From Escherichia phage fEgEco12: a stretch of DNA of 64,000 nucleotides. The notes under the pieces were generated by a model. That model saw only the letters and a list, made by a program, of their open reading frames with translations, had not been told where the DNA came from and searched no databases. A program made the position numbers and the translations under genes. This document shows positions 47,251-55,166 of this stretch, piece after piece (position 1 is the stretch's first letter; every line of letters starts with the position of its first letter). The DNA lies in the sequence record PP777464.1. One strand, given 5' to 3'.

Positions 47251-47415
47251 ATGAATACTTTTACCTTCGCTCAATTGAACGCCCTGGATGTATTGTCTGA
47301 TGCTTTGCGGGATGCAACTGAAAGCGGTTTATTTGACAATGTTGACATTCACCCTGATGTAATTAATAATTTTTGTGATGCTATCGCAGAAGTACTGGAA
47401 GATCTAAAAAAATAA
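47251..47415 (+). CDS. hypothetical small acidic protein (54 aa)
   Basis: ATG after module with GAGGAA RBS; below track cutoff. Confidence 0.45.
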   Translation: MNTFTFAQLNALDVLSDALRDATESGLFDNVDIHPDVINNFCDAIAEVLEDLKK

Positions 47416-47421
47416 TAGAAA

Positions 47422-47485
47422 GTACTTGCAATTAGTTTTCAGTACTGTATAATGGTTTACATCAAAGGGAGAAATGGTTCTCCCT
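47422..47485 (+). promoter_or_regulatory. promoter + leader stem-loop module
   Basis: TTGCAA 47426-47431, TATAAT 47448-47453, hairpin GGGAGAAATGGTTCTCCC. Confidence 0.65.
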
Positions 47486-47503
47486 GGTAATGAGGAAAAT
47501 ACA

Positions 47504-47725
47504 ATGGCTAATATCACTACTCTTTCCCAACTGGAAGCACTGGTTAAATCTATGCGGGAACATGCTGACAAAATCGGCGTACAAGATCCAGCCGTTTGCT
47601 TCTGCGACGAATTGAATGATGATACCCTGGTAATAGCAGAAGTCCAGGACGTTTCTAACTATTCCTCGCGTTACACTGGCGGCGTAGCAAATAAAGGTGA
47701 CTTCTGTTTATACCTTACAAAATAA
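47504..47725 (+). CDS. hypothetical protein (73 aa)
   Basis: ATG after GAGGAAA RBS. Confidence 0.5.
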   Translation: MANITTLSQLEALVKSMREHADKIGVQDPAVCFCDELNDDTLVIAEVQDVSNYSSRYTGGVANKGDFCLYLTK

Positions 47726-47728
47726 CAA

Positions 47729-47760
47729 CGCGGGGAGATAATAACTCCCCGTTACTTTTT
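47729..47760 (+). terminator. intrinsic terminator hairpin CGGGGAG..CTCCCCG + T-run
   Basis: 7-bp stem then TTACTTTTT. Confidence 0.6.
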
Positions 47761-47839
47761 CAGTACTGAATCATTTAATAGACGGATCTCGGCACCCGGT
47801 GGGTTAGTGACAGTTTCGTCTTGATGTAATAATTATGCC

Positions 47840-47876
47840 AGTACTGGATGCACTTGTCAACAACTATTTTTTCAAA
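47840..47876 (-). promoter_or_regulatory. orphan minus-strand promoter (TTGACA-17-CATAAT) reading into the 3' end of gene 47504
   Basis: reverse complement gives TTGACAAGTGCATCCAGTACTGGCATAAT; leader carries the TAACCCACCGGGTGC motif. Confidence 0.45.
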
Positions 47877-47890
47877 TACTTTTTATTAAA

Positions 47891-47950
47891 ATACTTGCAA
47901 TTAGTTTTTAAACGCGTATAATGTTTTGCATAGGGGGAGCGGTTCCCCTG
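47891..47950 (+). promoter_or_regulatory. promoter + leader stem-loop module
   Basis: TTGCAA 47895-47900, TATAAT 47917-47922, hairpin GGGGAGCGGTTCCCC. Confidence 0.65.
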
Positions 47951-47969
47951 GTAACTAAGGAATAAGAAA

Positions 47970-48206
47970 ATGCTTGAACAAATCAAATCAACGTCTGCGA
48001 ATGTAACGGGAACGGTAGTACACTTTACTAGTGATGAATCGCGGGGTGTACCCTATTGTGCTGTACATGTAAACACTGAGGGTAACTACTGGTTTACGGT
48101 TTACGGATCATATTCATTTGGACGGCCTGGGCATCAAAAAATTCTGGATAAAGTACAACCAACGGGTAAAAATATCACGGCTGAAATGTTTTATAAAAAA
48201 TCATAA
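47970..48206 (+). CDS. hypothetical protein (78 aa)
   Basis: ATG after AAGGAA RBS. Confidence 0.55.
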   Translation: MLEQIKSTSANVTGTVVHFTSDESRGVPYCAVHVNTEGNYWFTVYGSYSFGRPGHQKILDKVQPTGKNITAEMFYKKS

Positions 48207-48271
48207 AGTACTTGATAATAGTTTTTAGTACTGTATAATATTTTACATCGCAAGGGGGAGCGGTTCCCCCT
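48207..48271 (+). promoter_or_regulatory. promoter + leader stem-loop module
   Basis: CTTGAT -35, TATAAT 48234-48239, hairpin GGGGGAGCGGTTCCCCC. Confidence 0.6.
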
Positions 48272-48290
48272 GGTAACTAAGGATAATCAA

Positions 48291-48590
48291 ATGAAAATTG
48301 CAATCATCGCCCTGGCTTTATCTGTTTCCTCTTTCGCTGTTAATGCGTCATTAGATGTAAGTAGTGAAAAATTCATTCAGTGCACTGTTGCAATGACCGA
48401 TGAAAGAACTGGCGAGATTGTATTAAAGGATTTAGAGATCCAGCCGGAAGCATTTAAAAACGGCCCGTTCCATGAAGAAGACGAAAACGGTAGCACAACA
48501 ATTTATTATGATGCCAGTACTAAACGCGGTTCGGTCACTGTTATGGATACCGAGAAAGTAACTCATACCGGCGTTATTAATTGCCGTTGA
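48291..48590 (+). CDS. putative secreted protein (99 aa)
   Basis: signal-like N-term MKIAIIALALSVSSFAVNA. Confidence 0.55.
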   Translation: MKIAIIALALSVSSFAVNASLDVSSEKFIQCTVAMTDERTGEIVLKDLEIQPEAFKNGPFHEEDENGSTTIYYDASTKRGSVTVMDTEKVTHTGVINCR

Positions 48591-48611
48591 TAGATACTAC
48601 GGGGTAACATC

Positions 48612-48842
48612 ATGACTAAGCGAATTGTTTTACTTAACGAAAGCAGTACTACACAACTACTTAACGCCGTGCATTATGATATTGAAACGAGCGTTAATCT
48701 TATCAGTACTGTAGTTCTGTTGGACACTGGAAAGGTAGCCAATGATAAAGCGATTGCAGGTATACTAACGGATCTTGTGCCTGGTAGCAGTGCACCAATA
48801 ACGTTAAATGGTAAAGTGTTTAATATTTTACTCACTGATTAA
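48612..48842 (+). CDS. hypothetical protein (76 aa)
   Basis: ATG ORF. Confidence 0.5.
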   Translation: MTKRIVLLNESSTTQLLNAVHYDIETSVNLISTVVLLDTGKVANDKAIAGILTDLVPGSSAPITLNGKVFNILLTD

Positions 48843-48847
48843 GTACA

Positions 48848-48870
48848 TAGCCCACCTGGTGGGCTTTTTT
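48848..48870 (+). terminator. intrinsic terminator AGCCCACC/TGGTGGGCT + T6
   Basis: hairpin + TTTTTTG. Confidence 0.7.
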
Positions 48871-48924
48871 GTTTTTGTAGTATCGTAGTACTGAGATACT
48901 TTGAAAATAGTTTTAAAAAAGTAG

Positions 48925-48952
48925 TTGACATTACCACAGAAAAGCGTAGAAT
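48925..48952 (+). promoter_or_regulatory. promoter TTGACA-16-TAGAAT with long structured leader
   Basis: TTGACA 48925-48930; about 120-nt leader resembling the 46398 element. Confidence 0.5.
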
Positions 48953-49075
48953 GTATTACATCAAGACGGGGAGCACTAAGTAGACCGCCAGTAAGTCGAA
49001 CGAAAAACTGGACACGTCGAGAAAACTTTGATACACTAATAAACGTAAACTAAACTTTAATTGAGGATTTATAAA

Positions 49076-49558
49076 ATGGCTAATGTAAAATCATTCATCA
49101 AAGCACTGGTAGCAAATGAAACTAACGTCGCGGCTGAGATCCTGGCTGAACTGGATAACGATACCATGAAAGCGGTACGCAATAATTTTAACATCGCGTA
49201 CAGTACTGCGAAAGAACTACAAGCAAATAAAGCGGCAGAAATTGAAGCGGCAAAGGCGGCCCGTGAAGCAGAACTACAAGCAACAATCGAAAGTATTCAG
49301 GCGGCAGTAGTTGGATTGGATCTGGAAGTAGTTACAGAGATGGCACAAAAAGCCCTGGCGGTTAAGTATGGGGAAGACAAGCCAGAAGTAAAAGCCAAAA
49401 AATGGATTCAGGAACGCGTAGCGGTAGTACTGGACAACGGGGAAGAATATCTGATTCCGGTGCGTGGTAACTGTATTGCGGTAGTACTGGACGCGATTAA
49501 CTCCAGTGGTATGACTCGCGAGGAATGGATCGAAGCTCATCGCAAAGTTGAAGCATAA
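49076..49558 (+). CDS. hypothetical alanine-rich protein (160 aa)
   Basis: ATG after GAGGA RBS; track start 49061 is TTG. Confidence 0.55.
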   Translation: MANVKSFIKALVANETNVAAEILAELDNDTMKAVRNNFNIAYSTAKELQANKAAEIEAAKAAREAELQATIESIQAAVVGLDLEVVTEMAQKALAVKYGEDKPEVKAKKWIQERVAVVLDNGEEYLIPVRGNCIAVVLDAINSSGMTREEWIEAHRKVEA

Positions 49559-49578
49559 CAATTAAAGTACTGAATCAC

Positions 49579-49607
49579 TAGCCCACCTTAAACAGTGGGC
49601 TTTTTTG
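49579..49607 (+). terminator. intrinsic terminator GCCCAC..GTGGGC + T6
   Basis: hairpin + TTTTTTG. Confidence 0.7.
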
Positions 49608-49623
49608 TGTCTATAGTATTCCA

Positions 49624-49720
49624 GGCCACCAGCACCGCCTAGAAACGATTCTAACGCATTAAACTGATTATCTGATGCATCGCCCTAGCTGGTGGCGTTA
49701 AGGTCGTTAGAATGCGATTG
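49624..49720. repeat. interleaved inverted repeats (CCACCAGC/GCTGGTGG and TTCTAACGC/CGTTAGAATGCG)
   Basis: X-Y-X'-Y' arrangement; contains Chi octamer at 49688-49695. Confidence 0.4.
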
Positions 49721-49756
49721 AGAGCGTTTAAAGTATTTTGCAAAAAGTAATAAAAA

Positions 49757-49790
49757 GTACTTGCACGATTAAGAGATTAGCGTATAATTA
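49757..49790 (+). promoter_or_regulatory. promoter TTGCAC-16-TATAAT
   Basis: TTGCAC 49761-49766, TATAAT 49783-49788. Confidence 0.6.
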
Positions 49791-49833
49791 ATTACATCAA
49801 GGCGAGACACCTTAACTAACTGAGGATATAAAG

Positions 49834-49986
49834 ATGAATACTTATGAACTGGATTGTTTTACTTTACAAGTAATGTCAGTATGCAGTAAGAAAGATTGGT
49901 CATCAAAGGAATTTAAAGCAGTTATCGCGTGTGCAAAACACGGCAAGACTATCAATGAAACGGCATCAATCATTGATAAACTTTAA
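49834..49986 (+). CDS. hypothetical small protein (50 aa)
   Basis: ATG after GAGGA RBS; paralog of 53710-53853; below track cutoff. Confidence 0.45.
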   Translation: MNTYELDCFTLQVMSVCSKKDWSSKEFKAVIACAKHGKTINETASIIDKL

Positions 49987-49994
49987 AAAATAGT

Positions 49995-50023
49995 TTGACA
50001 ATAGTTTTAAGTACTGGCATAAT
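49995..50023 (+). promoter_or_regulatory. promoter TTGACA-17-CATAAT
   Basis: TTGACA 49995-50000, CATAAT 50018-50023. Confidence 0.6.
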
Positions 50024-50056
50024 ACATACATCAACTACTGAATAGGAATTAAAAAA

Positions 50057-50284
50057 ATGGCTATTATCATTACTCGCGTATCTGGTACTACTGGCAACGA
50101 ACAAGTAGTTGCAGTCATTACCAACAAGGAAGGTGCGGAATTGCAAAATGCAATGAATACCTGGGCCGTTAATGAGTTCGGTCAGTGGGCAAGTGTAGCA
50201 TACATTGAAACCTATCAAGTGCCGTCGATTAGTTTAACTGATTTGGGCGTTGAGCGTATCCTTTGCCTGGATGAATTAAATTAA
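50057..50284 (+). CDS. hypothetical protein (75 aa)
   Basis: ATG with AGGAA RBS. Confidence 0.55.
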   Translation: MAIIITRVSGTTGNEQVVAVITNKEGAELQNAMNTWAVNEFGQWASVAYIETYQVPSISLTDLGVERILCLDELN

Positions 50285-50288
50285 AAAA

Positions 50289-50352
50289 GTACTTGCAAAG
50301 TAAATCGAATAAAGTATAATACATTACATCAAGGGGAGAAATGATTCTCCCC
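50289..50352 (+). promoter_or_regulatory. promoter + leader stem-loop module
   Basis: TTGCAA 50293-50298, TATAAT 50315-50320, hairpin GGGGAGAAATGATTCTCCCC. Confidence 0.65.
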
Positions 50353-50369
50353 ACTACAAGGAAACTAAT

Positions 50370-50513
50370 ATGAAAACTTGTCAATGTGGTCAGAAATCTA
50401 TTACGGGTTTAAAGCGGGGCGTTGCTCTTTGCCAGTACCATTATAATTTACAAGTATGGGGTAAAGAATGGGCCGACCAGGTGGAAGCAGCAAAGAAAGC
50501 AAAAAGTAAGTAA
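50370..50513 (+). CDS. small cysteine-containing protein (47 aa; CxC..C..H)
   Basis: ATG after AAGGAAA RBS; below track cutoff. Confidence 0.45.
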   Translation: MKTCQCGQKSITGLKRGVALCQYHYNLQVWGKEWADQVEAAKKAKSK

Positions 50514-50525
50514 AAATATTATCAC

Positions 50526-50561
50526 AGTACTATTGACATAGTTTGATAGTACTGGCATAAT
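50526..50561 (+). promoter_or_regulatory. palindrome-embedded promoter (AGTACTAT-N12-ATAGTACT spanning -35 TTGACA; -10 CATAAT)
   Basis: TTGACA 50533-50538, CATAAT 50556-50561. Confidence 0.6.
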
Positions 50562-50602
50562 AGATTTTATCAAGACAACATATTAATTTAAGGAATACAA
50601 AA

Positions 50603-50926
50603 ATGGCTAAAACTATCATTAACACCGTTTCCCTGGCTGCAATCCGTGCAATCAATGTTGACGGTAAACGTTGGACTGATTCATATGGCAATACTTATCA
50701 TTCTTGTCATGTAAGCGTCGAACTGGATAACGGTTTGAATGATCTGGCGGTTGAATCATTTACTTATGGCTATGAAGATGCATATCAACAAACGGCGTTA
50801 GATCTATTAAAGGAATCAGTAGACGGGCTTAATACTGATGAAACCTCCCTTACTCGTTTGTGCAATGATCTTAATATCCCGTTGCATTGTACTGTACAGA
50901 ATGTTAAACGCAAAAAAGATCTTTAA
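50603..50926 (+). CDS. hypothetical protein (107 aa), RWTDSYGNTYHSC family
   Basis: paralog of 57434-57757. Confidence 0.55.
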   Translation: MAKTIINTVSLAAIRAINVDGKRWTDSYGNTYHSCHVSVELDNGLNDLAVESFTYGYEDAYQQTALDLLKESVDGLNTDETSLTRLCNDLNIPLHCTVQNVKRKKDL

Positions 50927-50940
50927 TTAGCTTTACTTTA

Positions 50941-50972
50941 TGCAGATACTTTGATATAGTGTCTGCATAGGG
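50941..50972 (+). other. intergenic hairpin TATGCAGATACT..AGTGTCTGCATA
   Basis: 11-bp inverted repeat with one mismatch. Confidence 0.45.
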
Positions 50973-51006
50973 GAAAGAAATTAAATTAACTTAAGAGGAA
51001 CGTATA

Positions 51007-51276
51007 ATGAAAAATATCAGTACTTTAATCGACGCAGGTACACATGTTCGGCGGTCTATGGTTGCAACCAGTACTACAAAACAAGTAGCGAGCGGTTATC
51101 TTGTATTTGTGCACGATGGTAAACTACTGGAACGTTCAATCAATTTTGATGTTAAAAACAATTGCCGTTTTATTATCTTTAAGCGTGAGCAATATAAAAT
51201 TGATTTACCAGCAAAGCCCATTAGTGGGGCGTACAACGTGCAATCATTGTTTGAACGTCAACCATACACCTATTAA
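51007..51276 (+). CDS. hypothetical protein (89 aa)
   Basis: ATG with GAGGAA RBS. Confidence 0.55.
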   Translation: MKNISTLIDAGTHVRRSMVATSTTKQVASGYLVFVHDGKLLERSINFDVKNNCRFIIFKREQYKIDLPAKPISGAYNVQSLFERQPYTY

Positions 51277-51327
51277 TCAAAACATCGTTAGCGGTCGATT
51301 CAGGCCGCTTATATTGGGGATTATACC

Positions 51328-51600
51328 ATGAACGTTAATCAAGTACTGAATGAAGTTGAAAGCATCATTAAACCAATGAAACGCATTGATGCTATGTTAA
51401 CACCGGAAGAATGCCGCCTATATGAGCGTTATAGCGTCGAACAAGTCCAGGCGATGGCTATGGCTACCCCAGCCGTTAAACCGCCTGAGAATGCGTTACA
51501 GGACGTTACAGGGGATTATATCATTAATCCAGTACTAGGGAAGATGGCTGCAATCACCGAAGATCAACAAGACTACTTAAGCCAGTACTTAAAAGGTTAA
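51328..51600 (+). CDS. hypothetical protein (90 aa)
   Basis: ATG ORF. Confidence 0.5.
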   Translation: MNVNQVLNEVESIIKPMKRIDAMLTPEECRLYERYSVEQVQAMAMATPAVKPPENALQDVTGDYIINPVLGKMAAITEDQQDYLSQYLKG

Positions 51601-51605
51601 TTAAT

Positions 51606-51815
51606 ATGCTTACTGTACAGGATAAGATCGACATCTTAAAGGTTAATATGTATGTGATTGATGCAGTACCTGGTAAAGTATTTGCATACGATGACACCAC
51701 TGTAAGCGATTTCTACTATAGCCAGGACGTGGGGGATCTTTCTGTACAGTCGGTTATTGAAAACGTAGTTAATGTAGCGTATGAGCATTTACTTTCAAAT
51801 AGTACTTGCAATTAG
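51606..51815 (+). CDS. hypothetical protein (69 aa)
   Basis: ATG 5 nt after upstream stop. Confidence 0.45.
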   Translation: MLTVQDKIDILKVNMYVIDAVPGKVFAYDDTTVSDFYYSQDVGDLSVQSVIENVVNVAYEHLLSNSTCN

Positions 51816-51866
51816 TTTTTAAACGCGTATAATGTTTTACATGAAGGGGAGAAATGATTCTCCCCA
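51802..51866 (+). promoter_or_regulatory. promoter + leader stem-loop module
   Basis: TTGCAA 51806-51811, TATAAT 51828-51833, hairpin GGGGAGAAATGATTCTCCCC. Confidence 0.65.
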
Positions 51867-51884
51867 CTAATTAAGGAATATGAA

Positions 51885-52031
51885 ATGAAAGCATCAAAAA
51901 AGAGTAATACTAAGAAAGCACGTTCACCTTTCGCTGGGGTATTCCCTTTACGTTTCGTTGATGAAGTAGTTTCCTACCCGCCGGGCCTTACTCCTGAGAT
52001 GGTAGAAAGTTTGCGTAAATCTAAAAAATAG
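51885..52031 (+). CDS. hypothetical small basic protein (48 aa)
   Basis: ATG after AAGGAA RBS; below track cutoff. Confidence 0.45.
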   Translation: MKASKKSNTKKARSPFAGVFPLRFVDEVVSYPPGLTPEMVESLRKSKK

Positions 52032-52094
52032 TACTTGCAATTAGTTTTTAGTACTGTATAATGTTTTACATGAAGGGGAGAAATGATTCTCCCC
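52031..52094 (+). promoter_or_regulatory. promoter + leader stem-loop module
   Basis: TTGCAA 52035-52040, TATAAT 52057-52062, hairpin GGGGAGAAATGATTCTCCCC. Confidence 0.65.
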
Positions 52095-52112
52095 AATAAC
52101 AGGAGAATCAAA

Positions 52113-52265
52113 ATGAAACAATACAACGCTCGGTTTGATGTTACTATCGGTAACGGCAAAGGTCAATTCTCTTTCAGTACTCGCAAAAGTTATACAGAAA
52201 ACTTCCTGCGTAATTGTGCACTGACCGCCGCACAAATTAAACATTACTTTCAGGCTAAAAAATGA
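52113..52265 (+). CDS. hypothetical small protein (50 aa)
   Basis: ATG after AGGAGAA RBS. Confidence 0.5.
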   Translation: MKQYNARFDVTIGNGKGQFSFSTRKSYTENFLRNCALTAAQIKHYFQAKK

Positions 52266-52351
52266 AATCATTAGCTTATTACAGTTCGGCCCTGGTCGGT
52301 GCATTGATCGCGGCGTTGTTAGTAACCTATCTATTCTTTATGGTGATTTAA
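52262..52351 (+). CDS. tiny hydrophobic peptide (29 aa)
   Basis: ATGA overlap; single predicted TM helix; speculative. Confidence 0.25.
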   Translation: MKSLAYYSSALVGALIAALLVTYLFFMVI

Positions 52352-52495
52352 ATGAATCCAACAGGTTTAAACTATAAAAGTTGTTCGGCGTTTACGAAAG
52401 CAAATAAAGCGAATGCACGTAAAGCGAAAGTACAGGAATACATCAAGCAAGGCATGACGCGAAAGGCGGCGATTCTAAAAGCTAAAAATAAATGA
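52352..52495 (+). CDS. small basic protein (47 aa)
   Basis: TAAATG overlap; speculative. Confidence 0.3.
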   Translation: MNPTGLNYKSCSAFTKANKANARKAKVQEYIKQGMTRKAAILKAKNK

Positions 52496-52501
52496 AAAAA
52501 G

Positions 52502-52533
52502 TGGTTGACTCCGGTCAGCCATTTTGCTATTAT
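52502..52533 (+). terminator. composite terminator-promoter (TGGTTGACTCCGGTCAGCCA; -10 TATTAT)
   Basis: right-arm variant of the left-arm hairpin family. Confidence 0.6.
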
Positions 52534-52622
52534 ATATTCATTGAGAGATAGCTCACTAGCCCACAGGGTGCATAAGTGTATCTATTATATAAGTATTGAG
52601 TACTGAAAACTATTTTTAAAAA
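52534..52622 (+). ncRNA. candidate short transcript carrying TAGCCCACAGGGTGCATAAGTGTATC motif
   Basis: between composite element and next promoter; no ORF. Confidence 0.3.
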
Positions 52623-52687
52623 GTACTTGCAAACTATCTCAATAAGCGTATAATGTTTTACATCGAAAGGGGAAACGGTTTCCCCTG
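52623..52687 (+). promoter_or_regulatory. promoter + leader stem-loop module
   Basis: TTGCAA 52627-52632, TATAAT 52649-52654, hairpin GGGGAAACGGTTTCCCC. Confidence 0.65.
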
Positions 52688-52705
52688 GTAATAAGGAAAC
52701 AAATC

Positions 52706-53047
52706 ATGACTATCTCAATTGCTCAATCTAACTTTGAAAATGAAATCATCGCCCAGGCACTGCGTTTAAATGATGGTCGGGCCGAAATTAATTACGGTTT
52801 CAATTCAGGCGGTTGTGAAAAATATCAGTACTTTGTAACGGCTGATGGCGGTGTCCTGGGTATCAATACAGTTATTGTAAACATACAGAAAATTAATTTC
52901 AATGATCCAGACGATAGCCAGTTTTACATCACTGGCGTAGACGTGAACTATGAGGATGACTCACTAACTGATGATCACACTGGCGAGCGGTTAGAAAGTG
53001 CATACGGTGAAGATGATTATCAGTCCGGTCCAGAAGATTTCGAATAA
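52706..53047 (+). CDS. hypothetical acidic protein (113 aa)
   Basis: ATG after AAGGAAA RBS. Confidence 0.55.
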   Translation: MTISIAQSNFENEIIAQALRLNDGRAEINYGFNSGGCEKYQYFVTADGGVLGINTVIVNIQKINFNDPDDSQFYITGVDVNYEDDSLTDDHTGERLESAYGEDDYQSGPEDFE

Positions 53048-53057
53048 TATAAAAAAA

Positions 53058-53121
53058 TAGTTTGACAATAGATTATAGTACTGTATAATAGTTTACATCA
53101 AGGGGAGAAAAACTTCTCCCC
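53058..53121 (+). promoter_or_regulatory. promoter + leader stem-loop module
   Basis: TTGACA 53062-53067, TATAAT 53084-53089, hairpin GGGGAGAAAAACTTCTCCCC. Confidence 0.65.
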
Positions 53122-53143
53122 ACTAACAGAGAGAAAAAACAAA

Positions 53144-53356
53144 ATGGCTAATATCTGCACTGTACTGAAAAATGCAAAACAAGTTTTATTTTCTGATCAC
53201 GATCATTTAAACAAGGATATTACTGGCGTTCGGAATATCAAAGATGTAAAAAGTGTTATGGGTATCTATTGCAATATGAAACGTGTTGGAACGTTCGGCG
53301 ACAAAGTACTATACCAGGCAGGGGATTACAATTTTACACTGACTATCATTAACTAA
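53144..53356 (+). CDS. hypothetical protein (70 aa)
   Basis: ATG after GAGAGA RBS. Confidence 0.5.
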   Translation: MANICTVLKNAKQVLFSDHDHLNKDITGVRNIKDVKSVMGIYCNMKRVGTFGDKVLYQAGDYNFTLTIIN

Positions 53357-53368
53357 AAATATTATCAC

Positions 53369-53404
53369 AGTACTATTGACATAGTTTGATAGTACTGACA
53401 TAAT
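53369..53404 (+). promoter_or_regulatory. palindrome-embedded promoter (near-duplicate of 50526-50561)
   Basis: TTGACA 53376-53381, CATAAT 53399-53404. Confidence 0.6.
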
Positions 53405-53439
53405 AACTTTTATCAACTACACTACTAAGGAATTAAAAA

Positions 53440-53619
53440 ATGGCTATCATCGCAAAAACTGAAATCGTTGGTCTGGATTCTATCATCATGACGTTTGAAG
53501 ATCAAAAAGGTATGTATGTAGTTTCATATGGTGATTATGTTCGGGAGTATGAAACGGTAGACGAAGCCTTTGAAAGTTATATTCGCCAGGTGAATAAAGC
53601 ATACGACGACTACCGCTAA
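53440..53619 (+). CDS. hypothetical small acidic protein (59 aa)
   Basis: ATG after AAGGAA RBS; below track cutoff. Confidence 0.45.
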   Translation: MAIIAKTEIVGLDSIIMTFEDQKGMYVVSYGDYVREYETVDEAFESYIRQVNKAYDDYR

Positions 53620-53630
53620 AATATATTACC

Positions 53631-53665
53631 AGTACTATTGACATAGATTGATAGTACTGTATAAT
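53631..53665 (+). promoter_or_regulatory. palindrome-embedded promoter variant
   Basis: TTGACA 53638-53643, TATAAT 53660-53665. Confidence 0.6.
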
Positions 53666-53709
53666 AAGTTTTATAAACAGTAGTTAACTTAACCTAAGAG
53701 AGAAATAAA

Positions 53710-53853
53710 ATGATCGCACTGGATTCATTCATCGACGCAGTACTGGCAAAAACTGGCGAGGATCTGACCGCAGAACAATACGCGATGATCGAGCAATGTC
53801 AGCAAAACGGTAAATCGGTGAAAGATACTGTTAAGATTATCCGCAAGATGTAA
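53710..53853 (+). CDS. hypothetical small protein (47 aa)
   Basis: ATG after AGAGAGAAA RBS; paralog of 49834-49986. Confidence 0.45.
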   Translation: MIALDSFIDAVLAKTGEDLTAEQYAMIEQCQQNGKSVKDTVKIIRKM

Positions 53854-53859
53854 TATTAT

Positions 53860-53890
53860 AGCCCACTGGTTAACGCTGGTGGGCTTTAAT
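53860..53890 (+). terminator. hairpin GCCCAC..GTGGGC containing a Chi octamer
   Basis: inverted repeat after stop; weak T-run; GCTGGTGG 53875-53882. Confidence 0.45.
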
Positions 53891-53958
53891 CATTTACCCT
53901 ATACAATGCCAGTACTAAACCGTTTATCTCGTTAGAATGCGTTACAGGACGTTTGACA

Positions 53959-54156
53959 ATGATTAGCATGAAATCAGTACAAAAACAAATAGAAACATTA
54001 TCAAAAATTAAACGTAAACAGTACTCGTTAGAATATACAATCAATGGTAACTATCATCTAATGAAAGAGAATAATTTCATTGTCATTGATGAATCATTGC
54101 AAGTTATTAGTATAGTACTGAAAGCATTAATCAATGACAGAAAAAAATTAAAATAA
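53959..54156 (+). CDS. hypothetical protein (65 aa), uncertain
   Basis: AT-rich ORF without a clear RBS; track start is TTG. Confidence 0.3.
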   Translation: MISMKSVQKQIETLSKIKRKQYSLEYTINGNYHLMKENNFIVIDESLQVISIVLKALINDRKKLK

Positions 54157-54160
54157 TCTA

Positions 54161-54189
54161 TTGACAATATCCTCCAGTACTGGCATAAT
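54161..54189 (+). promoter_or_regulatory. orphan promoter TTGACA-17-CATAAT
   Basis: TTGACA 54161-54166, CATAAT 54184-54189; leader carries AACCCATAGGGTGCAC. Confidence 0.5.
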
Positions 54190-54250
54190 ACTTACATCAA
54201 GACGAGAACGTCACTAACCCATAGGGTGCACAAATGTAACTATATAATAT
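54190..54250 (+). ncRNA. candidate short transcript with ACCCATAGGGTGC motif
   Basis: no ORF downstream. Confidence 0.3.
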
Positions 54251-54251
54251 C

Positions 54252-54324
54252 GATCAATAAATGATCAAAAAAGTACTGGATCAATTTAGCATAAGGCGTA
54301 TAATTCTGATCAATTCTTGATCAA
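54252..54324 (+). promoter_or_regulatory. cluster of five GATCAA repeats around a promoter (TATAAT 54299-54304)
   Basis: GATCAA at 54252, 54263, 54279, 54308, 54319; two pairs spaced 11 bp. Confidence 0.5.
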
Positions 54325-54485
54325 AGGCAATATACGCAGTTGAATTTATATAGACAGTACAAAGGCGTTACTATTCGTGGTAATGCTGGTGGATATGTAG
54401 TATCATATGGTTTGAATAAGATAAACACTAGTAGTATTATTGTAGCATTACAGTACTATAGTATTTTTATAATGAGGTTAAAATA

Positions 54486-54743
54486 ATGGCAGTAGGATAC
54501 GCGAAAGACGGGGCCGAACAAGACGAGATTCATGCAGTGATTCAGGCCGCCGTTAACCACGCTAGAAAGCAAATTAACGCACAAAGAGAATCACTTGTAC
54601 ATTGCCTCGACTGCGGCGATAAAATCCCTGAGAATCGACGCCAGGCCGTTATAGGGTGCATGTATTGTATTACTTGCCAGGAGGATCATGATAGTACTTT
54701 TAAAAGAGATCCGCGTAATTGTTGGCATAGATCTATGAGATAA
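54486..54743 (+). CDS. TraR/DksA-family C4 zinc-finger protein
   Basis: CLDCGDKIPENRR...CMYCITCQ C-x2-C-x17-C-x2-C motif. Confidence 0.7.
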   Translation: MAVGYAKDGAEQDEIHAVIQAAVNHARKQINAQRESLVHCLDCGDKIPENRRQAVIGCMYCITCQEDHDSTFKRDPRNCWHRSMR

Positions 54744-54748
54744 AAAGT

Positions 54749-54776
54749 ATTGACAGTACTGAAAGATAGTGTATAA
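54749..54776 (+). promoter_or_regulatory. promoter TTGACA-16-TATAAT
   Basis: TTGACA 54749-54754, TATAAT 54771-54776. Confidence 0.6.
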
Positions 54777-54806
54777 TGTTTTATATCTTAACTGAGGATA
54801 GTAATC

Positions 54807-55163
54807 ATGGGAATACAACATATCACGCGTACTACTGACAATGGCGAGATCACTGGCTATCAAGTACAGGGCAAAGTAGCACAATTGCAGTACTGGTTTG
54901 TTAAACGTGGAATCATTGCACCGGATCTTGATTATGACCGTGTAGCGTTTATTGATTCTCTTTATGTTGATCCTGATAGTCGGGGCAATGGTGAAGGTAA
55001 CGAATTAATGAATGCCTTTATTGATGCCGCCGATGATTCAGATTGTATCATCTTAGAATGCGATACGGGAGAAGATAACGCCTTTAATCTTAAAGAATGG
55101 TACGAAGGTTTCGGATTCGAGGTATTGATAGATAGTGAATATCCTATCATGATTTTATCATAG
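54807..55163 (+). CDS. GNAT-like N-acetyltransferase (small)
   Basis: VDPDSRGNGEGNELMNAF resembles GNAT motif A; C-terminal Y..GF. Confidence 0.5.
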   Translation: MGIQHITRTTDNGEITGYQVQGKVAQLQYWFVKRGIIAPDLDYDRVAFIDSLYVDPDSRGNGEGNELMNAFIDAADDSDCIILECDTGEDNAFNLKEWYEGFGFEVLIDSEYPIMILS

Positions 55164-55166
55164 TAC

